64,000 bases of DNA from Fibrobacteria bacterium. Its GTDB lineage: Bacteria; Fibrobacterota; Fibrobacteria; UBA11236; JADFYW01. Made by a program: the position numbers and the translations under genes. Every line of letters starts with the position of its first letter. Position 1 is the first letter of the stretch. The stretch covers positions 32,001 through 96,000 of the forward strand of contig JBNKOC010000027.1 in assembly GCA_050294405.1 (NCBI GenBank), given 5' to 3'. The notes below the pieces were generated by a model, which was not told where the DNA came from, did not search any database, and saw only the letters and a list, made by a program, of their open reading frames with translations. Below are positions 9,365-18,876 of the stretch, piece by piece.

Positions 9365-10948
9365 ATGATTTTCCAGGAGTCCCATTTGAAGTTATTGGTT
9401 AGCCTAAGCCTTTTTGCCTTCTTTTTTTTGAACTGCACAAAAGAGCAGGGCGAAAAATCCGGAAGAGTTTTAAAAATCTGTAACGATGCAGAACCCCAAA
9501 GCATCGATCCCCATAAATGTACCGGCCATCCAGGAATTAGAATTATCGGGGGGCTTTTCGAAGGCTTGGTCATTCGCGATTTAGAAAAAGGCTCTGTGCG
9601 ACCGGGCCTTGCCAAAAGCTGGGATATTTCAGAAGATGGAACACACTATACATTTCATTTGCGCCAAAGCAAATGGTCTAATGGAAGCCCCTTAACAGCG
9701 AGCGACTTTGTATCTTCCTGGCAACGGTTTCTTAACCCCAAAACCGGGGCCGAATACGCTTCACTATTAAATATTGTAAAAAATGGATCCAAAGTTATTA
9801 ACGGAATCTATCCTCCTGATTCTCTGGGGGTAAGTGCGCCCAACGACTCTACCTTTGAAGTTCAGTTGGTATCTCCCATCGGATATTTTTTACAACTTTG
9901 CGCTTTTGAGCCCCTCTTTCCCGTTCCGGTATCTGTAATAAATGAAGCCCAGGAAAAATGGACTTCCGCTCAAAACATCATTGGTAACGGGCCTTACATA
10001 TTAAAAGAATGGGTTCCCAATAAAATAATGCAATTGGAAAAAAACCCTAACTATTGGGATGCCGCCAGTGTAAAACAAGAAAGGGTTGAGGTTAAACCCA
10101 TTGAGGATCAGGAAACAGCTTACAAGATGTTTCTAAGCGGAGAACTGGATTGGATATTCAGCATCCCTTTAAGCAAAATGGAAGTGGTTAAAAAGAATCC
10201 CAAGTTTATAAATTTCACCCAGTACGGGGTCTATTACTATTCTTTAAATGTTACGGACCCTGTCCTCAAAAATAAAGATCTCCGCAAGGCGCTTAGTTAT
10301 TCCATTAACCGGCAAAAAATAGTGGAGCTGGTCACCAAAGGAAATGAAATGCCAGCTTCGGGCTTTGTGCCTGTAATTAATAACATCCCTTATGCAGGGG
10401 TGGACTTAAAACTATACTCCCCCCAAAAGGCCAGGGAGTATTTGAAAAAAGCGGGCTTTGGTCCGGGTAAAAAACCTCCTACCCTGGAAATCCTTTATAA
10501 CAATAGCGAGTCCCATAAAAAAATCGCAGAGGTGATCTCACAGATGTGGAAAGAAGAATTGGGAATTGAAGTAGCCCTTAAAAATTACGAGTGGAAAATA
10601 TATTTGCAATCCACAAAAAACCTGGAGCACCAGGTGGCTAGAGCCAGTTGGTTTGCAGATTATCCAGACCCCTATAGTTTTTTGGAACTGGGTGTGAGCC
10701 ACAACGGCAACAACCGCAGCGGCTACAAGAGCCCTAACTACGATGCCTGTTTAGACGGGAGCCAGAAAATATTAGATTCGGAAGCCAGAATGGCAAAGTT
10801 AGCGGAATGTGAAAGCATTCTGATGGAGGACATGCCGGTTATACCTATATATTATTACTCCGGAAAAGAGTTAAGGCATCCGGGAATTAAAGGGGCTATT
10901 CCCAACCCCATGGGTATGTATAGCTGGAAAGATGTTTACATTGAGTAA
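9365..10948 (+). CDS. oppA: Oligopeptide ABC transporter substrate-binding lipoprotein
   Basis: Lipobox FFLNC; EPQSIDP, LFEGL, PGLAKSWDISEDG..YTFHLR, GNGPY, WFADYPDP. Confidence 0.93.
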   Translation: MIFQESHLKLLVSLSLFAFFFLNCTKEQGEKSGRVLKICNDAEPQSIDPHKCTGHPGIRIIGGLFEGLVIRDLEKGSVRPGLAKSWDISEDGTHYTFHLRQSKWSNGSPLTASDFVSSWQRFLNPKTGAEYASLLNIVKNGSKVINGIYPPDSLGVSAPNDSTFEVQLVSPIGYFLQLCAFEPLFPVPVSVINEAQEKWTSAQNIIGNGPYILKEWVPNKIMQLEKNPNYWDAASVKQERVEVKPIEDQETAYKMFLSGELDWIFSIPLSKMEVVKKNPKFINFTQYGVYYYSLNVTDPVLKNKDLRKALSYSINRQKIVELVTKGNEMPASGFVPVINNIPYAGVDLKLYSPQKAREYLKKAGFGPGKKPPTLEILYNNSESHKKIAEVISQMWKEELGIEVALKNYEWKIYLQSTKNLEHQVARASWFADYPDPYSFLELGVSHNGNNRSGYKSPNYDACLDGSQKILDSEARMAKLAECESILMEDMPVIPIYYYSGKELRHPGIKGAIPNPMGMYSWKDVYIE

Positions 10949-10957
10949 TTTGGAGCC

Positions 10958-11860
10958 ATGTTTCTAACCATATTAAAACGCTCCGTCATAAACATCATAA
11001 CCTTGCTGATAATTATATCAGTATCTTACCAGGTTATGAAGTGGGCTCCAGGAAACCCTTTCGAAGGGGAACGCAGCCTGGAACCTGCGGTTTTAGAAGC
11101 CCTTAAAGAAAAATATCAATTTACCCTAAGCGAATATCTAACGGGCATTATTTTAAGAGGAGATTTCCGGTACTCTTACCAACATCGGGATTTGAAAGTC
11201 ACTGAAATCTTATCCGGCGCAATTGGTTATTCCATGGAGTTGGGTTTTTGGGCTATTGTTGTGGCCGCCTTTTTTGGAATTTTATGGGGAACGGCTTCCA
11301 CCATATTCCGGGGACAGTGGTTGGAAAGTTTTATAATGCTGTTCGCCATGGTTGGCATCGCTATTCCCAACTTTGTGGTGGGCCCTTTGCTACAGCTTAT
11401 TTTTTCTCTCAAGCTCAACGTTACACCCGTGGCCGGTTGGGAAGGCTTTTCTTCCAAAGTATTGCCTATTATAACCCTAAGCCTTATGTATATAGCATAC
11501 ATTGCCAGAATTTGCCGGGGTTCCATGCTGGAAACCATAACCAAGGATTTTGTTTTAACCGCTAAAGCCAAGGGGCTTTCCACCCGGCAAATAATGCTGC
11601 GCCATGTATTTAGAAATTCCCTGATTCCCATCGTAAATTTTTTAGGGCCTGCCACCGCCGCCCTGTTAACAGGCACCCTGGTGGTGGAAAAGATTTTTAA
11701 CATTCCAGGAATGGGCCGCTACTTTGTGGAATCAGCCCTGCAACGGGATTACCCGGTTGCCCTAGGCGTTTTAATTATTTACTCCGCAATTTTACTCTTT
11801 TTTAATTTGCTTACCGATGTATTGCAAACCTTTATCGATCCCAGAATTAAACTCCATTAA
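10958..11860 (+). CDS. oppB: Oligopeptide ABC transporter permease
   Basis: APGNPF, DFVLTAKAKGL, VVEKIFNIPGMG, RDYP, IDPRI. Confidence 0.92.
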   Translation: MFLTILKRSVINIITLLIIISVSYQVMKWAPGNPFEGERSLEPAVLEALKEKYQFTLSEYLTGIILRGDFRYSYQHRDLKVTEILSGAIGYSMELGFWAIVVAAFFGILWGTASTIFRGQWLESFIMLFAMVGIAIPNFVVGPLLQLIFSLKLNVTPVAGWEGFSSKVLPIITLSLMYIAYIARICRGSMLETITKDFVLTAKAKGLSTRQIMLRHVFRNSLIPIVNFLGPATAALLTGTLVVEKIFNIPGMGRYFVESALQRDYPVALGVLIIYSAILLFFNLLTDVLQTFIDPRIKLH

Positions 11861-11862
11861 TA

Positions 11863-12711
11863 ATGACAGTAGCCAGCAGAAAAAAAACCACTTTGGGCCA
11901 ACTTAAAAGAGACAAACGCATTGTTATCGCCTCTTTTATTTTGGGAATAATTGTGATTACCTGTATTTTGGGACCAATTTTTCTGGATTACGAAAAACAG
12001 GTTCTGGAAAACCAATTACAAGCCCCTTCTTTGGCGCATCCCTTCGGCACCGATGATTTGGGCCGGGATATTTTCGCCAGAATTTTAAAAGGAGGCCAAC
12101 TCTCCATTGCCGTGGGGGTAGTAGCTACCTTGGTAAGCATTTTAATTGGCACACTTTACGGCTGCACGGCAGGATATTTTGGAAACAAAGTTGATTTGTA
12201 CATGATGCGCGTGGTGGATATTCTCTATTGTCTGCCCTATATGTTTTTGGTTATCATCCTCATGACCTTTTTGGGCAGCAATATTTACGTGCTGTTTTTG
12301 GCGCTTGGATTGGTGCAATGGCTAACCGTTGCCCGAATTGTGCGAGGCCAGGTTTTATCCCTAAAAAATGAAGGGTTTATTATGGCTGCCCGCTCTTTGG
12401 GGGCCAATGGCTTTACCATTATTATCCGCCATTTGCTTCCCAATGTTTTGGGAATAGTAGTTGTTTACGCGACCTTGACCGTGCCTTCCATTATTTTACA
12501 AGAAAGCTTCTTAAGCTTTTTAGGCTTAAATGTCCACCCCTGTACCTGGGGAGTTTTGATTGCCGAAGGGAAAGACTATATGGATGTGGCCTGGTGGATG
12601 ATCTTTTTCCCAGGCGCAGCCATAACTACCTGCTTGCTCAGTTTAAACTTCCTTGGCGATGGACTTCGCGATAGCTTGGATAAAAAACTTAGCGAATCGC
12701 TAGATTCTTAA
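11863..12711 (+). CDS. oppC: Oligopeptide ABC transporter permease
   Basis: HPFGTDDLGRD, ARIVRGQ, AARSLGA, ESFLSFLGL, NFLGDGLRD. Confidence 0.92.
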   Translation: MTVASRKKTTLGQLKRDKRIVIASFILGIIVITCILGPIFLDYEKQVLENQLQAPSLAHPFGTDDLGRDIFARILKGGQLSIAVGVVATLVSILIGTLYGCTAGYFGNKVDLYMMRVVDILYCLPYMFLVIILMTFLGSNIYVLFLALGLVQWLTVARIVRGQVLSLKNEGFIMAARSLGANGFTIIIRHLLPNVLGIVVVYATLTVPSIILQESFLSFLGLNVHPCTWGVLIAEGKDYMDVAWWMIFFPGAAITTCLLSLNFLGDGLRDSLDKKLSESLDS

Positions 12712-12726
12712 AAAATTTAAGCAAAC

Positions 12727-12781
12727 AAAAAAGCCAGAACTTTTTGTTTTGGCTTTTTTAACCCAACCCTAAAAGGGTTGG
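12727..12781. terminator. Two adjacent hairpins between convergent oppC and the histone-like gene (bidirectional terminator)
   Basis: AAAAAAGCCAGAAC-N5-GTTTTGGCTTTTTT, then CCAACCCT-AAA-AGGGTTGG. Confidence 0.75.
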
Positions 12782-12798
12782 CCAATACTTTTCAGGGG

Positions 12799-12972
12799 TT
12801 AATCTGTTTTCTTGGTTTCTTGGATACCAACACGCATTTCCTGACAAATTCTTTTAATATTTTGAAGGACTTTTCTTGCGCGTGTACCTGCAGACTTATT
12901 GCCCCGTTCGAACTTGGCATATTCGTCTTTTAAAACCAAGATTTCATCTTCTAGAGCCTGAATGCTGCTCAT
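12799..12972 (-). CDS. Small histone H1-like (Hc1-family-like) DNA-binding protein, 57 aa
   Basis: Start reassigned to ATG 12972 behind a strong AGGAGG RBS; motif KFERGNKSAGTRARK. Confidence 0.75.
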   Translation of the reverse strand: MSSIQALEDEILVLKDEYAKFERGNKSAGTRARKVLQNIKRICQEMRVGIQETKKTD

Positions 12973-13089
12973 AAACTCCTCCTGAAAAGTTGATATGATG
13001 GCCTTTATTGGAACTATCCCCAACAAAGAATAACATTCAAATTGCAAAATTATTCAACGAAAGTCAATTTTTAAATAAAAAATCCCATT

Positions 13090-13938
13090 TTAGGGTACCA
13101 AGGCATCCATTTGGGAAGCTTTTTCCACCCATTCTTCTGCGATATTTTTGTCAAAACATCCCAAAAAACCCAAATAACCCCAACGATTTGTACGTAGTAA
13201 AAGGGGTTCTCCATACTCAGTTTCCCCCCAAAATTGCTTAAAATCACCAAATTCTGATTTTTGGAAAATTCGAAAGCCATTTTTAAGCTCTTCAAACTGT
13301 TTTTGTGCATCCCAGGAAAAAGATCGGAACAAAACACCTGTTTTTCCGTAACATTTAAAGCTCGCCCCTACTGTTTCCCCCAATTTTTCCCTTCCTAAAA
13401 ACCAGCGTGGAACTACAAATTCCGAATTTTCCACTCTTCCAGATAGTGGGAAACTGAAAAAAATGGCTGGTTTTAAATAATCCTCTTTCACCCAAGGCAA
13501 AAAATCTTCCCATTCTGGAAGCGTCCAGACGCCTTCATCTTCCTTTTTAAACAGACACAAAAATTTATCGCTATGAGAAATCACCCAATTGTTGCTCAAG
13601 TAATAATTTTTGGAAGCCAGGGTAAAGGGTTCGAAGCGCTTGTAAAAGCCATAGGCTAAATACTCCTGAGGGAAAGATATCACCCAGGCCCAAACAGAGT
13701 CCCTATTGTTGTTTAAATAAGATAACCGGTATGCTTTTTCTGGCCGGTATTCGACAAGGCTACGGTTTTTGAGCGGCCCCAGGGAATCCAAAGATTCGGG
13801 CTCAATTTCCACCCAGTTGAGAAGCTTTACATCGAGTTTTTCAAACCTGGGGAAAAAGGAGTTCTCCTTAGGTTTTTTGCACTGGAGGCAAAAAAAAGAC
13901 AGCAATAGGGTTAAAAGGATTTTTTGGAGGGCCAACAT
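13090..13938 (-). CDS. Hypothetical exported protein or lipoprotein
   Basis: Long ORF; likely start MLALQKILLTLLLSFFCLQC (ATG 13938) gives a signal or lipobox-like N-terminus. Confidence 0.6.
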   Translation of the reverse strand: MLALQKILLTLLLSFFCLQCKKPKENSFFPRFEKLDVKLLNWVEIEPESLDSLGPLKNRSLVEYRPEKAYRLSYLNNNRDSVWAWVISFPQEYLAYGFYKRFEPFTLASKNYYLSNNWVISHSDKFLCLFKKEDEGVWTLPEWEDFLPWVKEDYLKPAIFFSFPLSGRVENSEFVVPRWFLGREKLGETVGASFKCYGKTGVLFRSFSWDAQKQFEELKNGFRIFQKSEFGDFKQFWGETEYGEPLLLRTNRWGYLGFLGCFDKNIAEEWVEKASQMDALVP

Positions 13939-14747
13939 TTTTGATTTAACACGCAACTGCTGCAATCTCCCGGAACGTTTTGGCATGCATATACATTTCT
14001 ATCCACTCGCTTTTTAAATATGGAAAATGGAATATAGGCACGCCAGCTTTGAGTGGGAAAAATTTTTCGAAGCAGCTGGTTATAAGCCTCCCACTCTTCT
14101 TCCGGGTTGTCGTAATTTTGGTAAAAGGCAGGGGGTTTTAAAGTTCGCAAAAGCCTTTTGGCTTCGGGAGGCAAAGGCAGAGTTCCATCTTTTTCCCAGG
14201 CATAATCCAGCAAATGGGGAAATTGCTCCAACACTGCAATCAGAAACATTCGGACCTTGGGTTTTTGCAAACTGTTTTTACCCATGTAAAAAATTTTACC
14301 TGAAATTTCTTCCAGGATGGGCTCCAAAGACTCCGCCTGGGAAAGCCAGGTTTTTAGCGAAGAGTGGAGCAAATAAAAATCACAAACGCTTCGAATTATA
14401 CCCGGCACCTGACGCGACACATCGGATTTCCATTTCTGGGAGTTTATGTTGGCACAAAGCTCTTCATAGGGAATGTTATTGAGTTTAAAAATTTTTTCCC
14501 CATATACATTCCACAAGTTTTGAATTTCCTGCTCTAAATCGCTGGCATAAACACCCTGGTTTAAAGCCTGGTAGAAAAGAGCCAACTTTAACACTCTTTC
14601 CGGAGAATTTTCTTCCAGCCAGGATTTAAAGTCAGAGGGAAATTGGGGCTGAGTTAAAAATTTTCCAAAAGGAGATTTTACATGGTGAAGCCCCCGGCAA
14701 TACTCTCTTAGCAATTCCAGTGTTTTGTCCTTGGACAGAATAGACAT
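13911..14747 (-). CDS. Hypothetical helical protein with a C-terminal endonuclease III-type 4Fe-4S motif
   Basis: CQNVPGDCSSCVLNQKC = C-x6-C-x2-C-x5-C; lies 5 bp downstream of psd. Confidence 0.6.
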   Translation of the reverse strand: MSILSKDKTLELLREYCRGLHHVKSPFGKFLTQPQFPSDFKSWLEENSPERVLKLALFYQALNQGVYASDLEQEIQNLWNVYGEKIFKLNNIPYEELCANINSQKWKSDVSRQVPGIIRSVCDFYLLHSSLKTWLSQAESLEPILEEISGKIFYMGKNSLQKPKVRMFLIAVLEQFPHLLDYAWEKDGTLPLPPEAKRLLRTLKPPAFYQNYDNPEEEWEAYNQLLRKIFPTQSWRAYIPFSIFKKRVDRNVYACQNVPGDCSSCVLNQKCWPSKKSF

Positions 14748-14752
14748 AAAAA

Positions 14753-15613
14753 TTAGGAGGAACTAATATCCATTCCGAATTTTTGACCCATCGCCACTTT
14801 TCTCTCCGGGCCAGGATTAAAATTCAAAGACCCCAAAAGCTTGGAGTCGCCAATGAGAACAACCGTGGAACCCATTTCAAAGCAGCCAACACCTTCGCCC
14901 TTTTCTACCGGAATGGGGCTGTGGGGAGACCAGCTGGAATCGGAAATCTGACCGGGAACATTGCCCAAAATTTCCGGGGTGAAATCAAGGCTGATGCGGC
15001 CAACATTGGTGGCTCCCACCATAACCAATAGCAGTGTTCCCATAGGAGATGTTATCTCCACGGCAATGCGCTCGTTGCGCCAGAAAAGGCCATCAATATT
15101 TTCCACGCTCCAACTGTTTACGGGCCAAAGTTCTCCAGGATAGTGGACCACTTTGGAAATTTTCCCATTTAGCGGACTATGTATGCGGTGATAATTATAG
15201 GGAGCCAGATATATCACTGAATAAAAACCGCCTTCAAAGTCCTCAGACTTAAAATAGTTTTTTAGAAATTTTTGAAAGCTGTAATTTCTGTCTTTTACCT
15301 GCGGAATAAGCAACTCATCACTTTCAAAAATACCCTCCCGTGTGACAACCCCATCTACCGGGTTGATAAACTCAGCCTCATGTATAGGTCTTGCTCCTGG
15401 TTTTAATTTGCGAATAAAAAAGTCTCCTAAAGTAGGATACTCGTCCAGGCTTTTTTCCGCTTCTTCGACATTGACTTTATAATGTTTCACAAACCAGTTT
15501 TTAATAAGGGTGTGGAGGCCGAAGGGATATTTTTTGCGTACACAAACCCCTACCCAATAGCTCAGCCATTTTTTAGGGACAATTTGGATAAGATTCATTA
15601 ATGACATGGGCAA
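14753..15613 (-). CDS. psd: Phosphatidylserine decarboxylase proenzyme
   Basis: FFIRKLKPGARP, PVDG, YLAPYNYHRIHSP, NER, VGATNVGRI, FEMGSTVV (GST cleavage site). Confidence 0.95.
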   Translation of the reverse strand: MPMSLMNLIQIVPKKWLSYWVGVCVRKKYPFGLHTLIKNWFVKHYKVNVEEAEKSLDEYPTLGDFFIRKLKPGARPIHEAEFINPVDGVVTREGIFESDELLIPQVKDRNYSFQKFLKNYFKSEDFEGGFYSVIYLAPYNYHRIHSPLNGKISKVVHYPGELWPVNSWSVENIDGLFWRNERIAVEITSPMGTLLLVMVGATNVGRISLDFTPEILGNVPGQISDSSWSPHSPIPVEKGEGVGCFEMGSTVVLIGDSKLLGSLNFNPGPERKVAMGQKFGMDISSS

Positions 15614-15757
15614 AAAGATAATTTAAAGACGCCCCATTGCCCCGGAACTTGTTCTGTAAATTGCCTGGAAGATTTGGTCGGGGAAAACCGTGAGGGGTTG
15701 CCGAATAAGCCCAGGCAATTTACCTTGATATAAATGCTCCCTGATTTTTAAAGGATT

Positions 15758-17002
15758 ATGCCCATGACCAAAGCTAAAATAAACATAACAAGAATTGAAA
15801 ATGATTTATTGCGAATTTCCCAGTTTGGGGGAAAAGGCCCGAAAAAAGGAGTTACCAGACAGGGCTTTTCCAAAGCGGATATGGAAGCCAGATATTGGCT
15901 TAAAAAATACTTTAGGCAATTGGGCCTCGATTCCAGCATGGATGGGGCGGCTAATGTTATTGGAAGGTATGGCCCCAAAGAAGGTCCCGCCCTTTGCATC
16001 GGTTCCCATTTAGATTCTGTTCCCAATGGGGGAATGTTCGACGGGGTTTTGGGAGTAATCGCCGGTCTTGAATGCGTGAGAGTCATTGAAGAAAATAAAA
16101 TTCCACTTAAAAATCCAATCGAAATTATTGCCACCAGCGAAGAAGAAGGGCGTTTTGGAGGGATGTTAGGAGCCCAGTCCTTAACCGGGGCCATTACCCT
16201 GGATTGGCTCCAAGGCGCGCAAGACCCAAATGGGCAATTGCTAAAAGATGCCATGGCCATGCACGGTATGGATTATCTGGATGTTATGCATTGTAAAAGA
16301 AACCCCAAAGATATTTTGGGGTTTTTGGAATTACACATTGAACAAGGCCCTGTGCTTGAAGCGGAACAACTCAACATCGGCATTGTAGAAGGCATATCGG
16401 GAATTTTCAAATGGCAAGTGAGGCTTATAGGAAAAGCCGATCACGCCGGTACCGCGCCCATGAATATGCGCTCAGACGCCTTTATGGGAGTGGCAGACTT
16501 TGCCCATGAAATTTCCAGGATACTGGACGAAGATGGCAGTGACAAAAGCCGCCTAACCATAGGCCGGGTGGAATTAAAACCAGGTTTTCCTCACACAATT
16601 CCCGGTGAGGCCGAATTTACCCTTGTGGGCCGAGACATGAGCGAAGATATTATGCATAACATCGCCAATTCCTGCCGAAAGGTCTTGTCTGCCATTGCCC
16701 GAAAACACCGCCTTATGTTTGAATACCGCCAGCTTAGCTGGCTGGAGCCTAAGTTTTGCAACAAAGAATTGGTGAATAAAATTCAAAGTATCACCAACAA
16801 TCTGGGCTATTCTAACAGGGTTATGCCAAGTGGCGCCGGACACGATGCCCAATTTTTCACTGATATTACCCCCACAGCTATAATTTTTGTGCCCAGCCAA
16901 AATGGCGTGAGCCATGCCCCCGACGAATGGACCCACTGGAACGATGTGGAAAGGGGTGCTAATGTGCTTCTGGAAACCGTTTTGGATATGGCCGGAGCCT
17001 AA
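15758..17002 (+). CDS. Zn-dependent amidohydrolase, M20 family (allantoate / N-carbamoyl-amino-acid amidohydrolase-like)
   Basis: GSHLDSVPNGG.FDG, EEEGRF, ELHIEQGP, HAGT.PM, SGAGHDA, SHAPDE. Confidence 0.92.
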   Translation: MPMTKAKINITRIENDLLRISQFGGKGPKKGVTRQGFSKADMEARYWLKKYFRQLGLDSSMDGAANVIGRYGPKEGPALCIGSHLDSVPNGGMFDGVLGVIAGLECVRVIEENKIPLKNPIEIIATSEEEGRFGGMLGAQSLTGAITLDWLQGAQDPNGQLLKDAMAMHGMDYLDVMHCKRNPKDILGFLELHIEQGPVLEAEQLNIGIVEGISGIFKWQVRLIGKADHAGTAPMNMRSDAFMGVADFAHEISRILDEDGSDKSRLTIGRVELKPGFPHTIPGEAEFTLVGRDMSEDIMHNIANSCRKVLSAIARKHRLMFEYRQLSWLEPKFCNKELVNKIQSITNNLGYSNRVMPSGAGHDAQFFTDITPTAIIFVPSQNGVSHAPDEWTHWNDVERGANVLLETVLDMAGA

Positions 17003-17095
17003 GAATGGCAGCATTTTCCCATTATTGAGATGCGCAATAGGGGCAAATTGCTAAATTAGGCTAGGGGGAAGATAAAAACCAGACCCGCAATTAAT

Positions 17096-17644
17096 ATGAG
17101 CAGACTAAAAATATTTGAAGACCAAAACCCAGGGCTAGCTGCCTTGGACACAACAGACCACAAGGAAATTCAAAACCAATTAAACACAATTGCTGTGCGA
17201 TTTCAAAAATGGCCTGTGGAAAAAAATCTGGAGCCCGGCACTTCCGATGAAGAATGCATGGCGGCTTATGCGGATAAAATCGAAAGTATGAAAGCCCAGG
17301 AAGGTTTTAAAGCTGCCGATGTGGTGAGCATGGACCCTTCCCATCCCGACAAAGCCGCACTTAGACGCAAATTTTTTCAGGAACATATACATGCAGATAA
17401 CGAAGTGCGTTTTTTTGTTTCAGGAAGCGCCCTTTTTGGTTTGCATGTTAACGGGCGGGTGTATGAGATCACCTGCGTTGCGGGAGATTTAATGAGCATC
17501 CCTAAGGGCACCACCCATTGGTTTGATATGGGACCTGAACCTAATTTTGTATGTTTTCGTTTTTTCGACAACCCCGAAGGCTGGGTGGCCCAGTACACTG
17601 GTTCTGAGATTGCAAAAGAATTCAGCGAGTTCGTTCCGGCATAA
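17096..17644 (+). CDS. mtnD: Acireductone dioxygenase (methionine salvage)
   Basis: KFFQEHIHADNEVRFFVSG, GDLMSIP.GTTHWFDMG, RFFDNPEGWVA. Confidence 0.92.
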   Translation: MSRLKIFEDQNPGLAALDTTDHKEIQNQLNTIAVRFQKWPVEKNLEPGTSDEECMAAYADKIESMKAQEGFKAADVVSMDPSHPDKAALRRKFFQEHIHADNEVRFFVSGSALFGLHVNGRVYEITCVAGDLMSIPKGTTHWFDMGPEPNFVCFRFFDNPEGWVAQYTGSEIAKEFSEFVPA

Positions 17645-17671
17645 TGTGAAGGGCAAAAAGGGGGGTATAAC

Positions 17672-18805
17672 ATGGTTTTCATCCGTACCGGGATATTAAG
17701 TTTTGTTGCGTTTATTTTGAGTGCAAACTCCGGTTGGGAGCCTGTAGGTTGGGTCACCGAAAATGGCGGCATCACCGGCGGGCAGGGAGGCCAGGAAGTT
17801 ATTGTGACCAATGCCGGCCAATTACAGGACGCTGTCGGGGCTTCCGAACCCATGATTGTAAAAGTTAAAGGGGCTATTCAAGCGGATATTTCCATCAACT
17901 CCAATAAAACCCTAGAAGGATTGGAGCCAGGTGCCGAAATAAATGGGTATGTATCTATTAAGCGCAAAAGCAATGTGATTGTTCGTAACTTAATTATCAA
18001 GCAAACCAGTCCTAATTCTTCCTCCACCGATGTTATTGAAGTTTCCACTTCCACCAATGTATGGATAGATCATTGCGATATCAGCGATACCCGCACAGAT
18101 ACGGATGGTCTTTTGGACATTGTTCGAGGATCGGATTTTGTAACGGTGAGTTGGTGCAAATTTTCCTACCCCAATACCAACTCTGGGCATCGATTGTGCA
18201 TGCTTATCGGCAACACCGATGATAATAGCAACAACGACAGCACCCATTTAGCAGTCACTTTGCATCACAATTGGTGGGAAAACAATATTCAGGAAAGAAT
18301 GCCCAGGACCCGCTATGGAAAAATTCATTCTTTTAACAATTATTTTTCTACCCGCAATAACAATTACTGTCTGGGAGCCGGACGCCACGCGCAATTGGTG
18401 GTTGAAAGCAACTATTTTGAAAATGTGAAGGACCCCCATATATTTTATAACGGAGAGGCTACTGCGCAAATTCGCATAAATAATGACAACCAATATGTGA
18501 ATGTTAGCGGCGCACGGGAACAAGGCCATGGAAATTCTTTTAGCATTCCCTATGAATACGAATTGGATGCTGGCGCAGATGTAAAGTCAATTGTTATGGA
18601 TGGCGTAGGTCCCTTCAATGGGCCTCAACCTCCTGAAGACACTGCTACTGCCATAAAGCACTACCGCAGACAGCAAATGAAAAATTTAAATGTCCCACAG
18701 GAATCAAATAGTTATAACATTTCCGGAAAAAAAACAAAGGGATTAAAACCTTTTCAACCTTATGTTAGTGACGACTCTAAAAAGCTTAAAATATCAGATA
18801 ATTAA
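17672..18805 (+). CDS. Secreted pectate lyase (PL1) with a short basic C-terminal tail
   Basis: TGGQGG, NVIVRNL, NVWIDH, DGLLDI, VTVSW, RMPRTRYG. Confidence 0.92.
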   Translation: MVFIRTGILSFVAFILSANSGWEPVGWVTENGGITGGQGGQEVIVTNAGQLQDAVGASEPMIVKVKGAIQADISINSNKTLEGLEPGAEINGYVSIKRKSNVIVRNLIIKQTSPNSSSTDVIEVSTSTNVWIDHCDISDTRTDTDGLLDIVRGSDFVTVSWCKFSYPNTNSGHRLCMLIGNTDDNSNNDSTHLAVTLHHNWWENNIQERMPRTRYGKIHSFNNYFSTRNNNYCLGAGRHAQLVVESNYFENVKDPHIFYNGEATAQIRINNDNQYVNVSGAREQGHGNSFSIPYEYELDAGADVKSIVMDGVGPFNGPQPPEDTATAIKHYRRQQMKNLNVPQESNSYNISGKKTKGLKPFQPYVSDDSKKLKISDN

Positions 18806-18819
18806 TTTTAAAACTGGAC

Positions 18820-18857
18820 AAAAAAAGGGAGCAATTTCAACTGGTAAAATTGCTCCC
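18820..18857 (-). terminator. Intrinsic terminator of the 18877-20340 gene
   Basis: GGGAGCAATTT-N9-AAATTGCTCCC, with an A7 run on the left that is a U-tract on the minus strand. Confidence 0.7.
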
Positions 18858-18876
18858 CGAGGGGGATCTGAAAAAA

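Noticed and set aside
12973..13047. N-terminal extension of the 82-aa ORF 12799-13047
   Set aside because: A strong AGGAGG RBS precedes ATG 12972, and family similarity starts there
15605..15705. Possible c-di-GMP-I riboswitch (GGGCAAA...GACGC...GGGGTTGCCGA)
   Set aside because: The P2 stem/GNRA loop and GCAAAG/CTAA elements are missing, and the 5' part overlaps the psd start
15748..17853. Antisense ORFs of 146-170 aa over the amidohydrolase, mtnD and pectate lyase genes (similar ones lie over pgk, gap, oppB and the kinase)
   Set aside because: They lie wholly or mostly opposite well-supported genes and have no recognisable motifs
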